A DNA stretch of 34,751 nucleotides. Origin: an uncultured Anaerolineae bacterium (GTDB lineage Bacteria; Chloroflexota; Anaerolineae; Aggregatilineales; Aggregatilineaceae). Of this stretch, positions 16,450-26,919 are shown piece after piece. A model generated the notes under the pieces. That model did not search any database. It saw only the letters and a program-made list of their open reading frames with translations, and was not told where the DNA came from. Position numbers and translations under genes: made by a program. Where the stretch lies: the NCBI GenBank assembly GCA_966250245.1, contig CBINGT010000001.1, positions 1 to 34,751 of the forward strand, read 5' to 3'. Each line of letters begins with the position of its first letter. Positions within the stretch are counted from its first letter, which is position 1.

Positions 16450-19400
16450 ATGATTGAAGTTTATCTGATCCTCACCGGTGTCATTTTTGCGGCGTGGATC
16501 GCGCTGTTAGTATGGCAGGCGCGGCGTGGCGCGTCGGGCGAGCTGACCCCCAACCGGCCGTTTGTCCCGCTGACGCTGGTCGAAGGTGACGAGGCGGTTG
16601 TGGTCGCCGAGGCGCACGGGCGCGTGGTATACGCGAACGAGCAGGCGTGCGCCTGGTTTGGCACGGATGGCGGCACGCCCGATCTGGCGCTGATGGCGCA
16701 GTTGATCCAGCCCGCCGACGCCTTCCTCGACCTGTTCGCCCAGCCAGGGCATGCTGCGCTTCGCCTGGGGCAGCGGCAGCTCGAAGCGATGTCGCACGCC
16801 ATCCCGGCAGCCGAAGGGCAGCGCATGGTCGTCGTCCTGCGCGAAATGACGGGAACCGGCACGCTCGCCGCGCCCACCGATTTCGACCCGCTCGAAGCTC
16901 TCACCCTGCAAACCGATATCGCCCAGGCCGCCGGTGCGGAACAGGGGCTCGCCCCGACGATCGACGCTGTGCTGCGGATTGTCGAGCGCGCGATCCCGTT
17001 CGACGCGGCGGAAGTGTTGCTCTGGCAGGCGGATTCGCAGACGCTGCGCACAGTCGGCCGTTTCACCCAGCTTACCGCAACCGGCTCGCTGATCCCGCCC
17101 GAAGCGCAGGAGCAGGCAACCGTTGCCGTCGGCGAGGGATATAGCGGGTGGATCGCGCTCTATCGCCAGCCGCTGCTGGTCAACAACGCGACCGCTCGCG
17201 ACGATTACGCGCTGCGCCCCGGCCAGCAACCGTTCGAGAGCTTCCTGGGGATCCCCCTGCTGCTCGAAGATCGCCTCGTCGGCACGCTAGAACTGACGCG
17301 CCGCACGCCGGACAGCTACACGCAGCAAGACGTGGCGTTGCTCCAGGCGATCGCCGGGCAGATCGTCGCGGCGGTGGAAGGCGCGCGCGTCCGGAGCGAG
17401 CAAACGGCGCGGATGCACGAGCTCGCCGGGTTGCAACAGATCTCCGCTGTAATCAGCCGGTTAGGCGATTCTCGCGAACTTTACGCGCAGCTTACACAGC
17501 GGATCGCGCAGCTTGCGGGCGTGGAGCTATGCGGCATCATGCTCTACGACCCGGACGAAGAAGTGTATCGCAGCCAGCCGCCTTTCTACGGCGTGCCGGA
17601 GTCGCTGACGCGCGGGCACCGTATCGAGATGGCGCCCGGCAGCGAGCTTTACGATGCGCTGATGCATCGCCCCTTCTGGTACACCAACGACCCCGATTCG
17701 CCCATCACCGCCGCGCTTGGCCTGACCGACGTGCAGGCGGCGATTACGCTGCGGCGCGTGGCGATCGTCCCGATGGTGATCGGCACGCGCCGCGTGGGGT
17801 TGCTCCTGGTTGCCAACAAGCACGGCGGGCAGCGGTTCACCGACGCCGATATGCGTGCGCTGATCGCGTTCGGCAACCAGGCCGCGATGGTGGTCGAGAA
17901 CGCACGCCTCTACGACGACGCGCAGCAGCGATCGCGCGAGCTTGGCGGCCTGCAACAGATCGCCGAGGCGATCGGCGCGCTGCGCAACCCCGAAGAACTC
18001 TATGCTCAGATTACGCGGCGCGTGGCGGAGTTGATGGACGTCGAGCGCTGCGGCGTGCTGCTCTACGACCCGCAGACGCAAGTGCTGGTCAGCCAGCGCC
18101 CGTTCTTTGGGCTGGACGACGAAAGCATCAGCTTCTATCAGCTTCCATCGCCGCCGGGCAGCGTGATCGCGGAGCTATGGCAGGAGCGCCCGACGTGGTA
18201 TTGCAACGACCTGCGCCGCGATCCGCTGGCGAGCGAGAGCGACCTGGCGCGTATGGCGACTGCGCTCGGCATCGAGCAGATCGCGCTTGCGCCGCTGATT
18301 GTGCGCGGCACGCGGCGCGGCATGATCCAGATCGCTAACAAGCGCAGCGGCGAGTTCACCGAGGATGACGCGCGGATTCTCTCACTGTTCGCCGGGCAGG
18401 CCGCGATCCTGATCGACAACGCGCAGCTTTATGGCGAAATGCAGCGCCGGACGCACCAGGCCGAGGGGCTGCGCGTCATTACGGAGTTCGCGTCCGAAGC
18501 GCGCCCGCTGCATGAAACCACCGAGCAGATCCTGATCGCGCTGGCGAACCTGTACGAAGCGGAGTGCGTCGCGATCGCGCTGGTGGATGAATCGCGCGGG
18601 CAACTGGTCTTCGATCCCTCTAACGTCTGGGGCGTGACGCTCGACGAGCCGCTGGCGATTGACCTCACCGGGCCGGACGGCGCGCTGAGCGTTCTGAGCG
18701 ACCGGCGGACCGCCCATTACACCGCAGCGGACGTTCCGGCGCCATATCGTGACGTGGCGAAGCGGCTCGGCTGGCGCGAGGTGGCGCGTGTCCCGCTGGT
18801 GATCCGCGAGCAGGTGATCGGTGATCTCACGGTCGCCAACCGCTTGAACGGGCAGCGGATGGACGACAGCGATTTCCAGCTTCTGACGCCGATCGCCACC
18901 CAGATCGCGGCCATGATCGACCGCATGCGCCTCTACGCGACCAGTGACGAAGCGCTACGGGCGCGCGTCGACTCGCTGGAGCGGCTCGGTCACATTGCGC
19001 GCAGCCTGCACCGCACGGTTGAGCTCGACCGGATTCTCGAAGAGGTGCGCGGCGCGGCGTTGCGCTCGACCGGCGCGAGTGGCGTAAGCATTGTGCTGTT
19101 CGCGCCCGCCGAAGACTGGCCCGCGCCCGACGCGCCGTTGGTCGAGCGGCGGTTTGGCGAAGACGATGCGCTGACGGATCTCGTCCCGATTGAGTGGGGC
19201 GCGTTCGGCGGCGAGCCGGTGGTAGTGGACGATTACGCCGAGACGGGGTGGGCTGCTCAGCCCGCCCGCGCTCGCTCAGCGCTGAGCGTGCCGCTGCTGG
19301 TGGACGGTGCGGCGCTCGGCGTGCTGCACTTGTTCTCGTCTGAGCCGCGGGCGTTCGACGCCCGCGCGCAGGCGTTCGTTGATGCATTGGCGGACGAGGC

Positions 19401-22400
19401 GGCGATCGCAATTGCCAGCGCGCGGCGCTACCAGGCGCAGCTTGAGCAAAACCAGCAGCTTCGCACGCGCGCGGACCACATGGACCGCATCTTCGAGGTG
19501 GGCGAGCTATTCCGGCGCGGCGCGGCGCTCGAAGAACTGCTGGCCGAGGTTGCGCAGAGCGTGCGCGAGTCGGTCGGCTTCAACTCCGTGCTGATCAGCG
19601 TAGTTGACGACGACGCGAAAGTTCTGCGCCGCATCGCCTACGCGGGTCTGCTGCGCGCCACGTTCGAGCAGATGCAGAGCGTCACCCCGCCGTTGGAGCA
19701 AGCGCTCAGCCTGATGCAGCCGGAATACCAGATCAGCCACAGTTATTTCCTGCCTGCCGAGGGCACCGAAGGGCTGATCGAAACGCTGCCCACCGTTCAG
19801 GTCGTTGGCGAAAAGATGGGCCCTGGCGCGCGGGCGTGGCACCCGGACGATATCCTGCTTATCCCGTTCTACGGCGTGGGCGGGCGGCTGCTCGGCCTGA
19901 TGACGGTCGATGATCCGCGCTCTGGCCGGCGGCCCGATCTGGCGACGGTTGAGGCGCTGGAAGTGTTCGCCGGGCAGGCAGCATTCAGCATCGAAAACTT
20001 CCGGCTGATCGCGCGCATCCAGCAGGAAGCGGAAGCCACCCGCCGCGAACGTGACCGTCTGGCGCAGCTTCACATGGTCGCCAGCGAGATCCAGCGCGCC
20101 ACGGACGTGCCTGCCCGCCTGCAGGTTGTGGCCGACGGCATCCACCAGGCGGGCTGGGGCAAGGTGTTCATCACTTTGCGCGACGAGCATCTGGAGCCGA
20201 CTGCGCTGATCCAGGCCGGTTACAGCCCCGAAGAGGCGCTTGAGCTGGATGTCAAGTCTGGCAAGACGTGGCGTGCGTGGATTAACGACCTCGCCTTCCA
20301 CGAGTTGAAGCTCGGCGCGGGCTACTATTTGCGCTACGACCGGCCGTGGGTGCGCCATCACGTCTACCACGACGCGCCGCCCGACCCGCCTGAGGTCGGT
20401 CCGACCGAATGGCACCCCGAAGACACGCTCTACCTGACGCTCGTCGGGCAAGACCAGAAGCGGATCATCGGCATCATCGGCATGCGCGATCCGGCGGATG
20501 GACGCGTGCCGACCGCGTCGTCGCTCCAGCCGTTTGAGTTGTTCGCCTCGCAGGCAGCCGCCGCCATCGAGACGACGCGCCTGTATCTTGAGACGGTTAA
20601 CGCCGCCGAACAGGAAGCGCGCCTCAACGAACTGATGGAAGCGGTGTCTGGCTCGTTGCAGCCGGAAGCCGTGATCGAGGCGATCGCCACCGGGTTGCAG
20701 CAGACGATCCCGTTCACGCGGCTGCACGTCGCGCTGGGTGACCCCGACGCGACAGCGCTGGACGTGTGGCGGGCGGAGATCGCGCTCGACGGCTCGGTGA
20801 CGGTACGCGAGGTCGACCCGATCCCCGCCGCCGGGACCGCGCTGCGCCGCGCTTACGACGACAAGACGCCGCACATTTATTCGCTCGACAGCGACGAGGC
20901 GGCGCGCACCGAGTTTAACGATCTGCGTGCGTGGTATGAGGCAGGCGAGCGGAGCAGCCTGATCGTCCCGATGATCGCGGGCGGCCAGCCGATCGGCGCG
21001 CTGCACCTCGGCACGCAACTGAGCGGCGCGCCTGGGTTCGCCGAACATCTGACGCTGATCCAGCGCCTCGCGAACCTGTCAAGCGTCGCGCTGGACAACG
21101 CGCGCCTGTTTGCGAACGCGCAGCAACGCGCGGCGGAATTGGACGCGCAGGCGCGGCGGCTCGCGCTGATCAACCGCGTCTCCACGCGCGTCAGCGAGTC
21201 GCTGGACCCGCAGGAGATCTACCAGACTGCGCTCAGCGAGCTTCAGACGGTGCTCGGTGCCCAGTACGGCGGTGTGATCATCTACGAGAACGACGCGACC
21301 GGCCTGCTTGTGCTGGATACGCACCCGCTGGCGGGCGCGGAGCAGCAGGACGTCCGCATCACTCTACGCGACAACCCGTCGGTCGAGCAGGTCCGCCGCA
21401 CGCAGCGCCCGCTGGTGGCCGAGGACGTGATGACCGACCCGCGCTTCGTGCCAGACCGTCCTATTCTGGCGGAGCGCGGCACGCGGGCGATGATGGTCGT
21501 TCCGCTGGTGGCGGGCGACGAGGTGATCGGCTCGATCGGGCTGGACTTCACGTCGCCGCGCACCTTTACCGACGCGGAGATCGAGCTGGCCGGGACGATC
21601 GCAAGCCAGGTGTCGCTGGCGTTGGACAAGGCTCGCCTGCTGCGTGAAACCGAGCAGCGCGCCGGGGAGCTCAACCAGCAGGCGCAGCGGCTGGCGTTCC
21701 TGAACCGTCTGTCGGCCAAGCTGGCGGAGACGCTCGACCCCGATGAGCTTTACTACATCGTGCTCACCGAGCTACAGAAGGCGATCGGCGCGCAGTACGG
21801 CGGCCTGATGCTGATCCAGGAAGGCGGCACCGTCTCGCGGCTGGTGCTCAGCACGCACCCCTTCGACGTGGACGCGCCCGCCGATATTACCGTCCCGGTG
21901 CAGGGCAACCCGATCGCGGAGTACATACTCAGCACGCAGCAGCCGTTCGTGGCGGAAGACCTGCTCAACGACCCGCGCTTCGAGCCGATGTGGGAAGTGC
22001 AGGAAGCGCGCGACGTACGCGCGATGCTGATCGTCCCGGTGGTGATCGGCGGGCGCGTGATCGGCACGATCGGGCTGGACTCGAACGTGCCGCGCCGCTT
22101 CACCGACGACGAGATCGAGCTGGCGATGACGGCCGCCAACCAGGCCGCGGTCGCCATCGAGAAGGCGCGTCTGTTCGTCGAGGTGCAGCAGCGCGCGCAA
22201 ACGCTCGACGAGCAGGCGCAGCGTCTGGCGCTGGTGAACCGTGTCGCCACGCGGCTGGCGGAAACGCTCGACCCGCAGGAAATTTACCGGATCGTGCTCT
22301 CCGAACTGGCCGAGGCGTTGCGCGTGCCGCTGGCCGGGCTGGTCCTGTTCGAGAGCGAAACGGTCGGCCGCCTGGTGCTCAGCTACCCGTTCGAGGAAGG

Positions 22401-25400
22401 CACGCCCGAGCTCCTTCTGCCGCTGGAAGGCAACCTGTCGATCGAGCAGGTCCGCAAGTCGCACCGCCCGCTGGTGTCGCCGGACGTGCTGAACGACCCG
22501 CTGTTCGAGTCGGCGTGGCCGGTGCTGCGCCAGCGCAATACGCGCTCCCTGATGATCGTGCCGCTGGTGGTGGGCAACACGGTGATCGGCACGATCGGGC
22601 TGGACTCGACCGAGCCGCGCCAGTTCACCGAGGCCGAAGTCGAGCTGGTGCAGACCATCGCCGGGCAGGCGTCGCTGGCGATCGAGAAGGCGCGCCTCTA
22701 CAGCGAAACGCTCGGCCTGACGATCTTCAACCAGGCGGTGGTCGAGTCGATCCGCCAGGGGATCGTCGTGCTGGACCGTGACCTGCGCGTGCGTCGCGTC
22801 AACCGCTTCATGCGCGAGCATTACGGCTGGTCTGAAGACGCGCTCGATCAGCCGCTGTTCGAGTACCGGCCCGATTATGGCGAGTTCCTGCGCCAGCCGA
22901 TCGCGGTGGCGCTGGAGCGCGGCGAGCCGCAGGCGCAGTTTGAAGTGGAGCGCGGCGCGAACGAGAGCCACCGCTCGATCCGCAACTATTACGTCTACCC
23001 GATGCAGGAAGGCCGGACGGTTACCGGCATCGTGCTGCTGGTCGAAGACGTGACCGAGCGCGCGCTGCTTGAGGCGGACCTCAGCACCCGCGCGATGCAG
23101 ATGGCCGCGCTGTCCGAGGTGTCCAGCCAGATCACCTCGACGCTCGAAGCCGATCAGGTCGTCCAGCTCATCCTTGACGCGCTGGACCGCGTGATCCCGT
23201 ACGATGGCGTGTCGTTGTGGTTGCGCTCGCCAGAGCGCGAAGAACTGGCGATTGTGGCGGCGCGTGGCTATCGCGACCCCGACTCGCCCGATGCCGACGA
23301 GCTGGTCGGCCTGCGCGTGGAAATCGCCTACAGCCCGCTGTTCCGCGAGATGGCCGAGCGCGCCGAAGTGATCAACGCCGGAGACGTCAGCGCCGGGGAC
23401 GAGCGCTTCCCGTATGGTGCGGCGGCGGTGTACAAGAACTGGCTTGGCGCGCCGCTGATCAGCAAGGGGCGCGTCGTCGGCGTGCTGACGCTCGAAAAGC
23501 GCGAGCCGCATTATTACACCCCGCTCCACGAGCAGCTTGCCCTGACGTTCGCCAGCCAGGCGGCGGTTGCGCTGGACAACGCGCAACTCTTCGAGGAAAC
23601 CCGCGCCCGTGCCAGCGCGCTCGACGAGCAGGCGCAGCGGCTGGCGCTTCTCAACCGCGTGTCGCTGGCGCTGGCGCAGTCGCTCGATATGGAGAACATC
23701 CTCGAGATCGCGCTGCGCGAGACGGCGATCGCGCTGGACATCTCCGAAGGCTCCGCCATGCAGATCGACTATCCGGGGCAGATCGGGCGCGTGGTGGTCG
23801 ACTTCCCGCGCGGTGATACCCCGCCCGACAAGGTGTTCGAGCTGTCGAACAGCCCGATCTTCGAACGCGTGCGCGACAGCCTGATCCCGGTCGTGATCGA
23901 GAACGTCGCGGCGGACCCGCACCGTGACGAGCTACGCGCGATGATGCGCCGCGACGACATTTCGAGCACTATGCTCGTCCCGCTGGTGATTGGCGGGATC
24001 GTGATTGGCATTTTGCGGTTGGACTCGGTTGAGGCGCGCCAGTTCTCGCTGACGCAGATTGAGTTGGCGCAGACCATCGCCAGCCAGGCCGCGATCGCCG
24101 TGCAGAACGCCTCGCTGTTCGAGCAATCTGCCGTGCGCACGCGCGAGCTTGAGACGCTATTCGAGTCTGCCCAGGCCACCGCCATGACGCTCGATCTGGA
24201 CGAGGTCGCGCAGCGGGTGGCGGAGCAGGTCGTGTCCGCGCTGCGGGCGGACGCGGCGGCCGTCTATCTGTGGGACGACGTCAGCAACCGTCTGACGCTG
24301 CACGGTGCGGGCTGTGGCGAGGGAGTCGACGCGCCGCTTGTCACGCCCGGCGAGCGGGTCAGCGTGGGCGACTATCCGCTGCGCGAGCGGGCGCTCCACG
24401 AGCGGCGGCTCATCCTGGCGCGCGCCGGAGATGACGATCTGCCGCCGGGCGAAGCAGCGATTTTCGCGGAGCACGGCGCGGCGAGCCGCCTTCTGCTGCC
24501 GCTGGTGCTCAACGAGGTGTCGATCGGGCTGGTCGAGGTCGAGACGATCGACCCGAAGCGGTTGTTTAAGTCCGAAGAACTGCGTCTGGCGCGGACGCTC
24601 GCCAGCCAGGCCGCGATCGCGATTGAGAACGCGCGCCTGCAAACCGAGACGCGCCGCACGGTCGAGGAACTGTACATCATCAACGACCTGTCGGCGGCGC
24701 TGTCGTCTGCGACGAGCCTGGATGCGCTGCTGGACGTGCTGGACGCGCAGCTTCCGAGTCTGACGCAGGCCGAGGCGATCTACGTCGCGCTGATCGATCC
24801 CGAAACCGGATGGCTGACCTTCCCGCTGGCAACCGCGAACGGCGAGGCGCTGGAGCTTGCGCCGCGCCCGCTGGGCAACGACGAGTTTTCGACCATCATC
24901 CGCCGCCAGGCGCCGCTGTTGCTGGCCGGGGAGAGCGTTGAGGCGGCGCGCAAGAACCTGGGCATCGAGACGATCCTGCCACCGGAAGCAAAAAGCTTTG
25001 TAGGCGTGCCGCTGTTCGCAGGCGAGCAGATCATCGGCGTGCTGGCCGTGCGCGACGACGACGATCCGCTGGCGTTCAGCAGCGCGGATCAGCGCCTGCT
25101 GACGACGGTCGGCTCGCAGTTGGGCGTCGCAATCCAGAGCACGCGCCTGCTGCAACAAACGCGCAATCTGGCCGAAGACCTCGAGAAGCGTGTCGAGGAG
25201 CGCACCGCCGAGTTGGAGCGGGAGCGCCAGCAGCTTTCGACGCTGTACCAGATTACGACCGAGCTGGCGACCAGCCTCGACATCGACCGGCTGCTCAACC
25301 GCGCGCTGGAGATGGTTGCAGAAGCGACGGGCGCCAGCCGCGCGGCGATCTTCACGCTCGACGAGCTGGGCGATCGCCTGACGCGGCGCGCGACGTTCGG

Positions 25401-26907
25401 CGAGACGCCCGCCCAGGGCGAAGACCAGCCGCTCTCGCTGGCGCTGGACGAGGGGCTGGCGGGCTGGGCCGTCCGCAACCGGCAGAGCGTGATTGTGGAC
25501 GATGTGCAGCAAGATCCGCGCTGGCTGCGCCTCACCCCGGCCGACGACTCGCCGCGCTCTGCCCTGGTGGCGCTGATCACTGCCGCCGAGGAAGTGCTCG
25601 GCGTGATGATGCTGGTCAGCGAGCAGCCGGGCGCGTTCACCGCCGATGACCTGCGGCTGGTGGACGCCTCGACCAACCAGATCGCCAACGCGATGAACAA
25701 CGCGGAACTCTACAGTCTGATCCGCGACCAGGCAGAACGCCTCGGCGCAATGCTGCGCGCCGAGCAGGTCGAGGCGACCAAGAGCAACGCGATCCTCGAC
25801 TCGGTGGCGGACGGCGTGATGGTCGCCGACGAGAGCGGCCGTGTGATCGGCTTCAACTCGACGGCCGAGCGCATTCTCAACCTGCCCGCCAGCCAGGTGA
25901 TTGGGCGCCCGTCCTCGGTGGTGGCGGGGCTGTACGGCAGCGGCGGGCGCTGGCTGCAGACGGTCGACCGCTGGCGGCAGGAGCCGCAGTCGTACCGGCC
26001 GGGCGAGTTCCTTGAAGACCGTCTGGAACTGGAAGACGAGCGCGTGATCAGCGTGCGTCTGTCGCCGGTGTACCTGGGCGATCAGTTTCTGGGGACCGTG
26101 TCGGTCTTCCGCGACATCACGCGCGAGGTCGAGGTGGACCGCCTCAAGAGCGAGTTCGTCGCCACGGTATCGCACGAGCTTCGCACGCCGATGACCTCGA
26201 TCAAGGGCTACGCGGACCTGCTGCTCGGCGGGATGGCCGGGCCGGTGTCCGAGCAACAGCATTATTTCCTCGAGGTCATCAAGCAGAACACCGACCGGCT
26301 GAGCATCCTGGTCAACGACTTGCTTGACATCTCGCGCATCGACCAGCAGCGTGTCGTGCTGGAACTGGGCGATGTGCCTGTGCGCGAGGTGCTTGAGAGC
26401 GCGATGGCGCACTTGCAGGAGCGTATCGAAACCGAGCAGCGCGACATGACGCTGGTCCTCAATCTGCCAGACGACGCCGCGTGGAGCGTCTGGGGCGACC
26501 GCGAGCGCGTCGGGCAGATTATCACCAACCTGGTCGACAACGCGTTCAACTACACGCCGCCGGGCGGGATGATTACGCTCGCCGCGCATCCGGGCGCGGG
26601 CGGCGACTCGGTCATCCTCAGCGTCGCAGACACGGGTATCGGCATCCCGCCGGAGATCGGCGAGCGCGTGTACGAGCGCTTCTTCCGTGGCGACGAGGCG
26701 CAGGAACTGGTGATGGACACGCCGGGCACCGGCCTGGGGCTGTCGATCGTGCGGGAGTACGTGGCGATCCAGCACGGGCGCATCTGGTTCGAGAGCGAGC
26801 CAGGCCAGGGCACGACCTTCTACGTTGAACTGCCTACGTCGGCTAATGTGTCGCTGGCCGAGGTAACCGAGAGCGAGATTAAGACCGGCCCGCTGAGCAG
26901 GGAGTAA
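16450..26907 (+). CDS. Giant multi-GAF/PAS sensor histidine kinase, 3485 aa
   Basis: N-terminal TM helix (IEVYLILTGVIFAAWIALLVW), then a PAS-like region. About sixteen modules of roughly 165-195 aa each carry a GAF-type strand (for example IVPLVVGNTVIGTIGLD) and end in QAAxAIENARLY-type helices. PAS domains lie near 22700-23050 and 25780-26130. H-box SHELRTPMTSI has its His codon at 26173-26175. HATPase N/G boxes are DNAFNYTP, DTGIGIP and GTGLGLSIV. Confidence 0.97.
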   Translation: MIEVYLILTGVIFAAWIALLVWQARRGASGELTPNRPFVPLTLVEGDEAVVVAEAHGRVVYANEQACAWFGTDGGTPDLALMAQLIQPADAFLDLFAQPGHAALRLGQRQLEAMSHAIPAAEGQRMVVVLREMTGTGTLAAPTDFDPLEALTLQTDIAQAAGAEQGLAPTIDAVLRIVERAIPFDAAEVLLWQADSQTLRTVGRFTQLTATGSLIPPEAQEQATVAVGEGYSGWIALYRQPLLVNNATARDDYALRPGQQPFESFLGIPLLLEDRLVGTLELTRRTPDSYTQQDVALLQAIAGQIVAAVEGARVRSEQTARMHELAGLQQISAVISRLGDSRELYAQLTQRIAQLAGVELCGIMLYDPDEEVYRSQPPFYGVPESLTRGHRIEMAPGSELYDALMHRPFWYTNDPDSPITAALGLTDVQAAITLRRVAIVPMVIGTRRVGLLLVANKHGGQRFTDADMRALIAFGNQAAMVVENARLYDDAQQRSRELGGLQQIAEAIGALRNPEELYAQITRRVAELMDVERCGVLLYDPQTQVLVSQRPFFGLDDESISFYQLPSPPGSVIAELWQERPTWYCNDLRRDPLASESDLARMATALGIEQIALAPLIVRGTRRGMIQIANKRSGEFTEDDARILSLFAGQAAILIDNAQLYGEMQRRTHQAEGLRVITEFASEARPLHETTEQILIALANLYEAECVAIALVDESRGQLVFDPSNVWGVTLDEPLAIDLTGPDGALSVLSDRRTAHYTAADVPAPYRDVAKRLGWREVARVPLVIREQVIGDLTVANRLNGQRMDDSDFQLLTPIATQIAAMIDRMRLYATSDEALRARVDSLERLGHIARSLHRTVELDRILEEVRGAALRSTGASGVSIVLFAPAEDWPAPDAPLVERRFGEDDALTDLVPIEWGAFGGEPVVVDDYAETGWAAQPARARSALSVPLLVDGAALGVLHLFSSEPRAFDARAQAFVDALADEAAIAIASARRYQAQLEQNQQLRTRADHMDRIFEVGELFRRGAALEELLAEVAQSVRESVGFNSVLISVVDDDAKVLRRIAYAGLLRATFEQMQSVTPPLEQALSLMQPEYQISHSYFLPAEGTEGLIETLPTVQVVGEKMGPGARAWHPDDILLIPFYGVGGRLLGLMTVDDPRSGRRPDLATVEALEVFAGQAAFSIENFRLIARIQQEAEATRRERDRLAQLHMVASEIQRATDVPARLQVVADGIHQAGWGKVFITLRDEHLEPTALIQAGYSPEEALELDVKSGKTWRAWINDLAFHELKLGAGYYLRYDRPWVRHHVYHDAPPDPPEVGPTEWHPEDTLYLTLVGQDQKRIIGIIGMRDPADGRVPTASSLQPFELFASQAAAAIETTRLYLETVNAAEQEARLNELMEAVSGSLQPEAVIEAIATGLQQTIPFTRLHVALGDPDATALDVWRAEIALDGSVTVREVDPIPAAGTALRRAYDDKTPHIYSLDSDEAARTEFNDLRAWYEAGERSSLIVPMIAGGQPIGALHLGTQLSGAPGFAEHLTLIQRLANLSSVALDNARLFANAQQRAAELDAQARRLALINRVSTRVSESLDPQEIYQTALSELQTVLGAQYGGVIIYENDATGLLVLDTHPLAGAEQQDVRITLRDNPSVEQVRRTQRPLVAEDVMTDPRFVPDRPILAERGTRAMMVVPLVAGDEVIGSIGLDFTSPRTFTDAEIELAGTIASQVSLALDKARLLRETEQRAGELNQQAQRLAFLNRLSAKLAETLDPDELYYIVLTELQKAIGAQYGGLMLIQEGGTVSRLVLSTHPFDVDAPADITVPVQGNPIAEYILSTQQPFVAEDLLNDPRFEPMWEVQEARDVRAMLIVPVVIGGRVIGTIGLDSNVPRRFTDDEIELAMTAANQAAVAIEKARLFVEVQQRAQTLDEQAQRLALVNRVATRLAETLDPQEIYRIVLSELAEALRVPLAGLVLFESETVGRLVLSYPFEEGTPELLLPLEGNLSIEQVRKSHRPLVSPDVLNDPLFESAWPVLRQRNTRSLMIVPLVVGNTVIGTIGLDSTEPRQFTEAEVELVQTIAGQASLAIEKARLYSETLGLTIFNQAVVESIRQGIVVLDRDLRVRRVNRFMREHYGWSEDALDQPLFEYRPDYGEFLRQPIAVALERGEPQAQFEVERGANESHRSIRNYYVYPMQEGRTVTGIVLLVEDVTERALLEADLSTRAMQMAALSEVSSQITSTLEADQVVQLILDALDRVIPYDGVSLWLRSPEREELAIVAARGYRDPDSPDADELVGLRVEIAYSPLFREMAERAEVINAGDVSAGDERFPYGAAAVYKNWLGAPLISKGRVVGVLTLEKREPHYYTPLHEQLALTFASQAAVALDNAQLFEETRARASALDEQAQRLALLNRVSLALAQSLDMENILEIALRETAIALDISEGSAMQIDYPGQIGRVVVDFPRGDTPPDKVFELSNSPIFERVRDSLIPVVIENVAADPHRDELRAMMRRDDISSTMLVPLVIGGIVIGILRLDSVEARQFSLTQIELAQTIASQAAIAVQNASLFEQSAVRTRELETLFESAQATAMTLDLDEVAQRVAEQVVSALRADAAAVYLWDDVSNRLTLHGAGCGEGVDAPLVTPGERVSVGDYPLRERALHERRLILARAGDDDLPPGEAAIFAEHGAASRLLLPLVLNEVSIGLVEVETIDPKRLFKSEELRLARTLASQAAIAIENARLQTETRRTVEELYIINDLSAALSSATSLDALLDVLDAQLPSLTQAEAIYVALIDPETGWLTFPLATANGEALELAPRPLGNDEFSTIIRRQAPLLLAGESVEAARKNLGIETILPPEAKSFVGVPLFAGEQIIGVLAVRDDDDPLAFSSADQRLLTTVGSQLGVAIQSTRLLQQTRNLAEDLEKRVEERTAELERERQQLSTLYQITTELATSLDIDRLLNRALEMVAEATGASRAAIFTLDELGDRLTRRATFGETPAQGEDQPLSLALDEGLAGWAVRNRQSVIVDDVQQDPRWLRLTPADDSPRSALVALITAAEEVLGVMMLVSEQPGAFTADDLRLVDASTNQIANAMNNAELYSLIRDQAERLGAMLRAEQVEATKSNAILDSVADGVMVADESGRVIGFNSTAERILNLPASQVIGRPSSVVAGLYGSGGRWLQTVDRWRQEPQSYRPGEFLEDRLELEDERVISVRLSPVYLGDQFLGTVSVFRDITREVEVDRLKSEFVATVSHELRTPMTSIKGYADLLLGGMAGPVSEQQHYFLEVIKQNTDRLSILVNDLLDISRIDQQRVVLELGDVPVREVLESAMAHLQERIETEQRDMTLVLNLPDDAAWSVWGDRERVGQIITNLVDNAFNYTPPGGMITLAAHPGAGGDSVILSVADTGIGIPPEIGERVYERFFRGDEAQELVMDTPGTGLGLSIVREYVAIQHGRIWFESEPGQGTTFYVELPTSANVSLAEVTESEIKTGPLSRE
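21121..22710 (+). repeat. Intragenic tandem array of diverged GAF-module units (about 531-534 bp period)
   Basis: The linker Q(Q/E)RAxELDxQAxRLAxxNR recurs in frame at 21121, 21652 and 22186, and again at about 23602. The units share LDPxE(I/L)Y..L.EL and DPRF...R(A/S)(L/M)(M/L)(I/V)VP(L/V)V.G..VIG(S/T)IGLD. I estimate DNA identity at about two-thirds by eye. Confidence 0.8.
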
Positions 26908-26919
26908 TCGGAAGCACGC

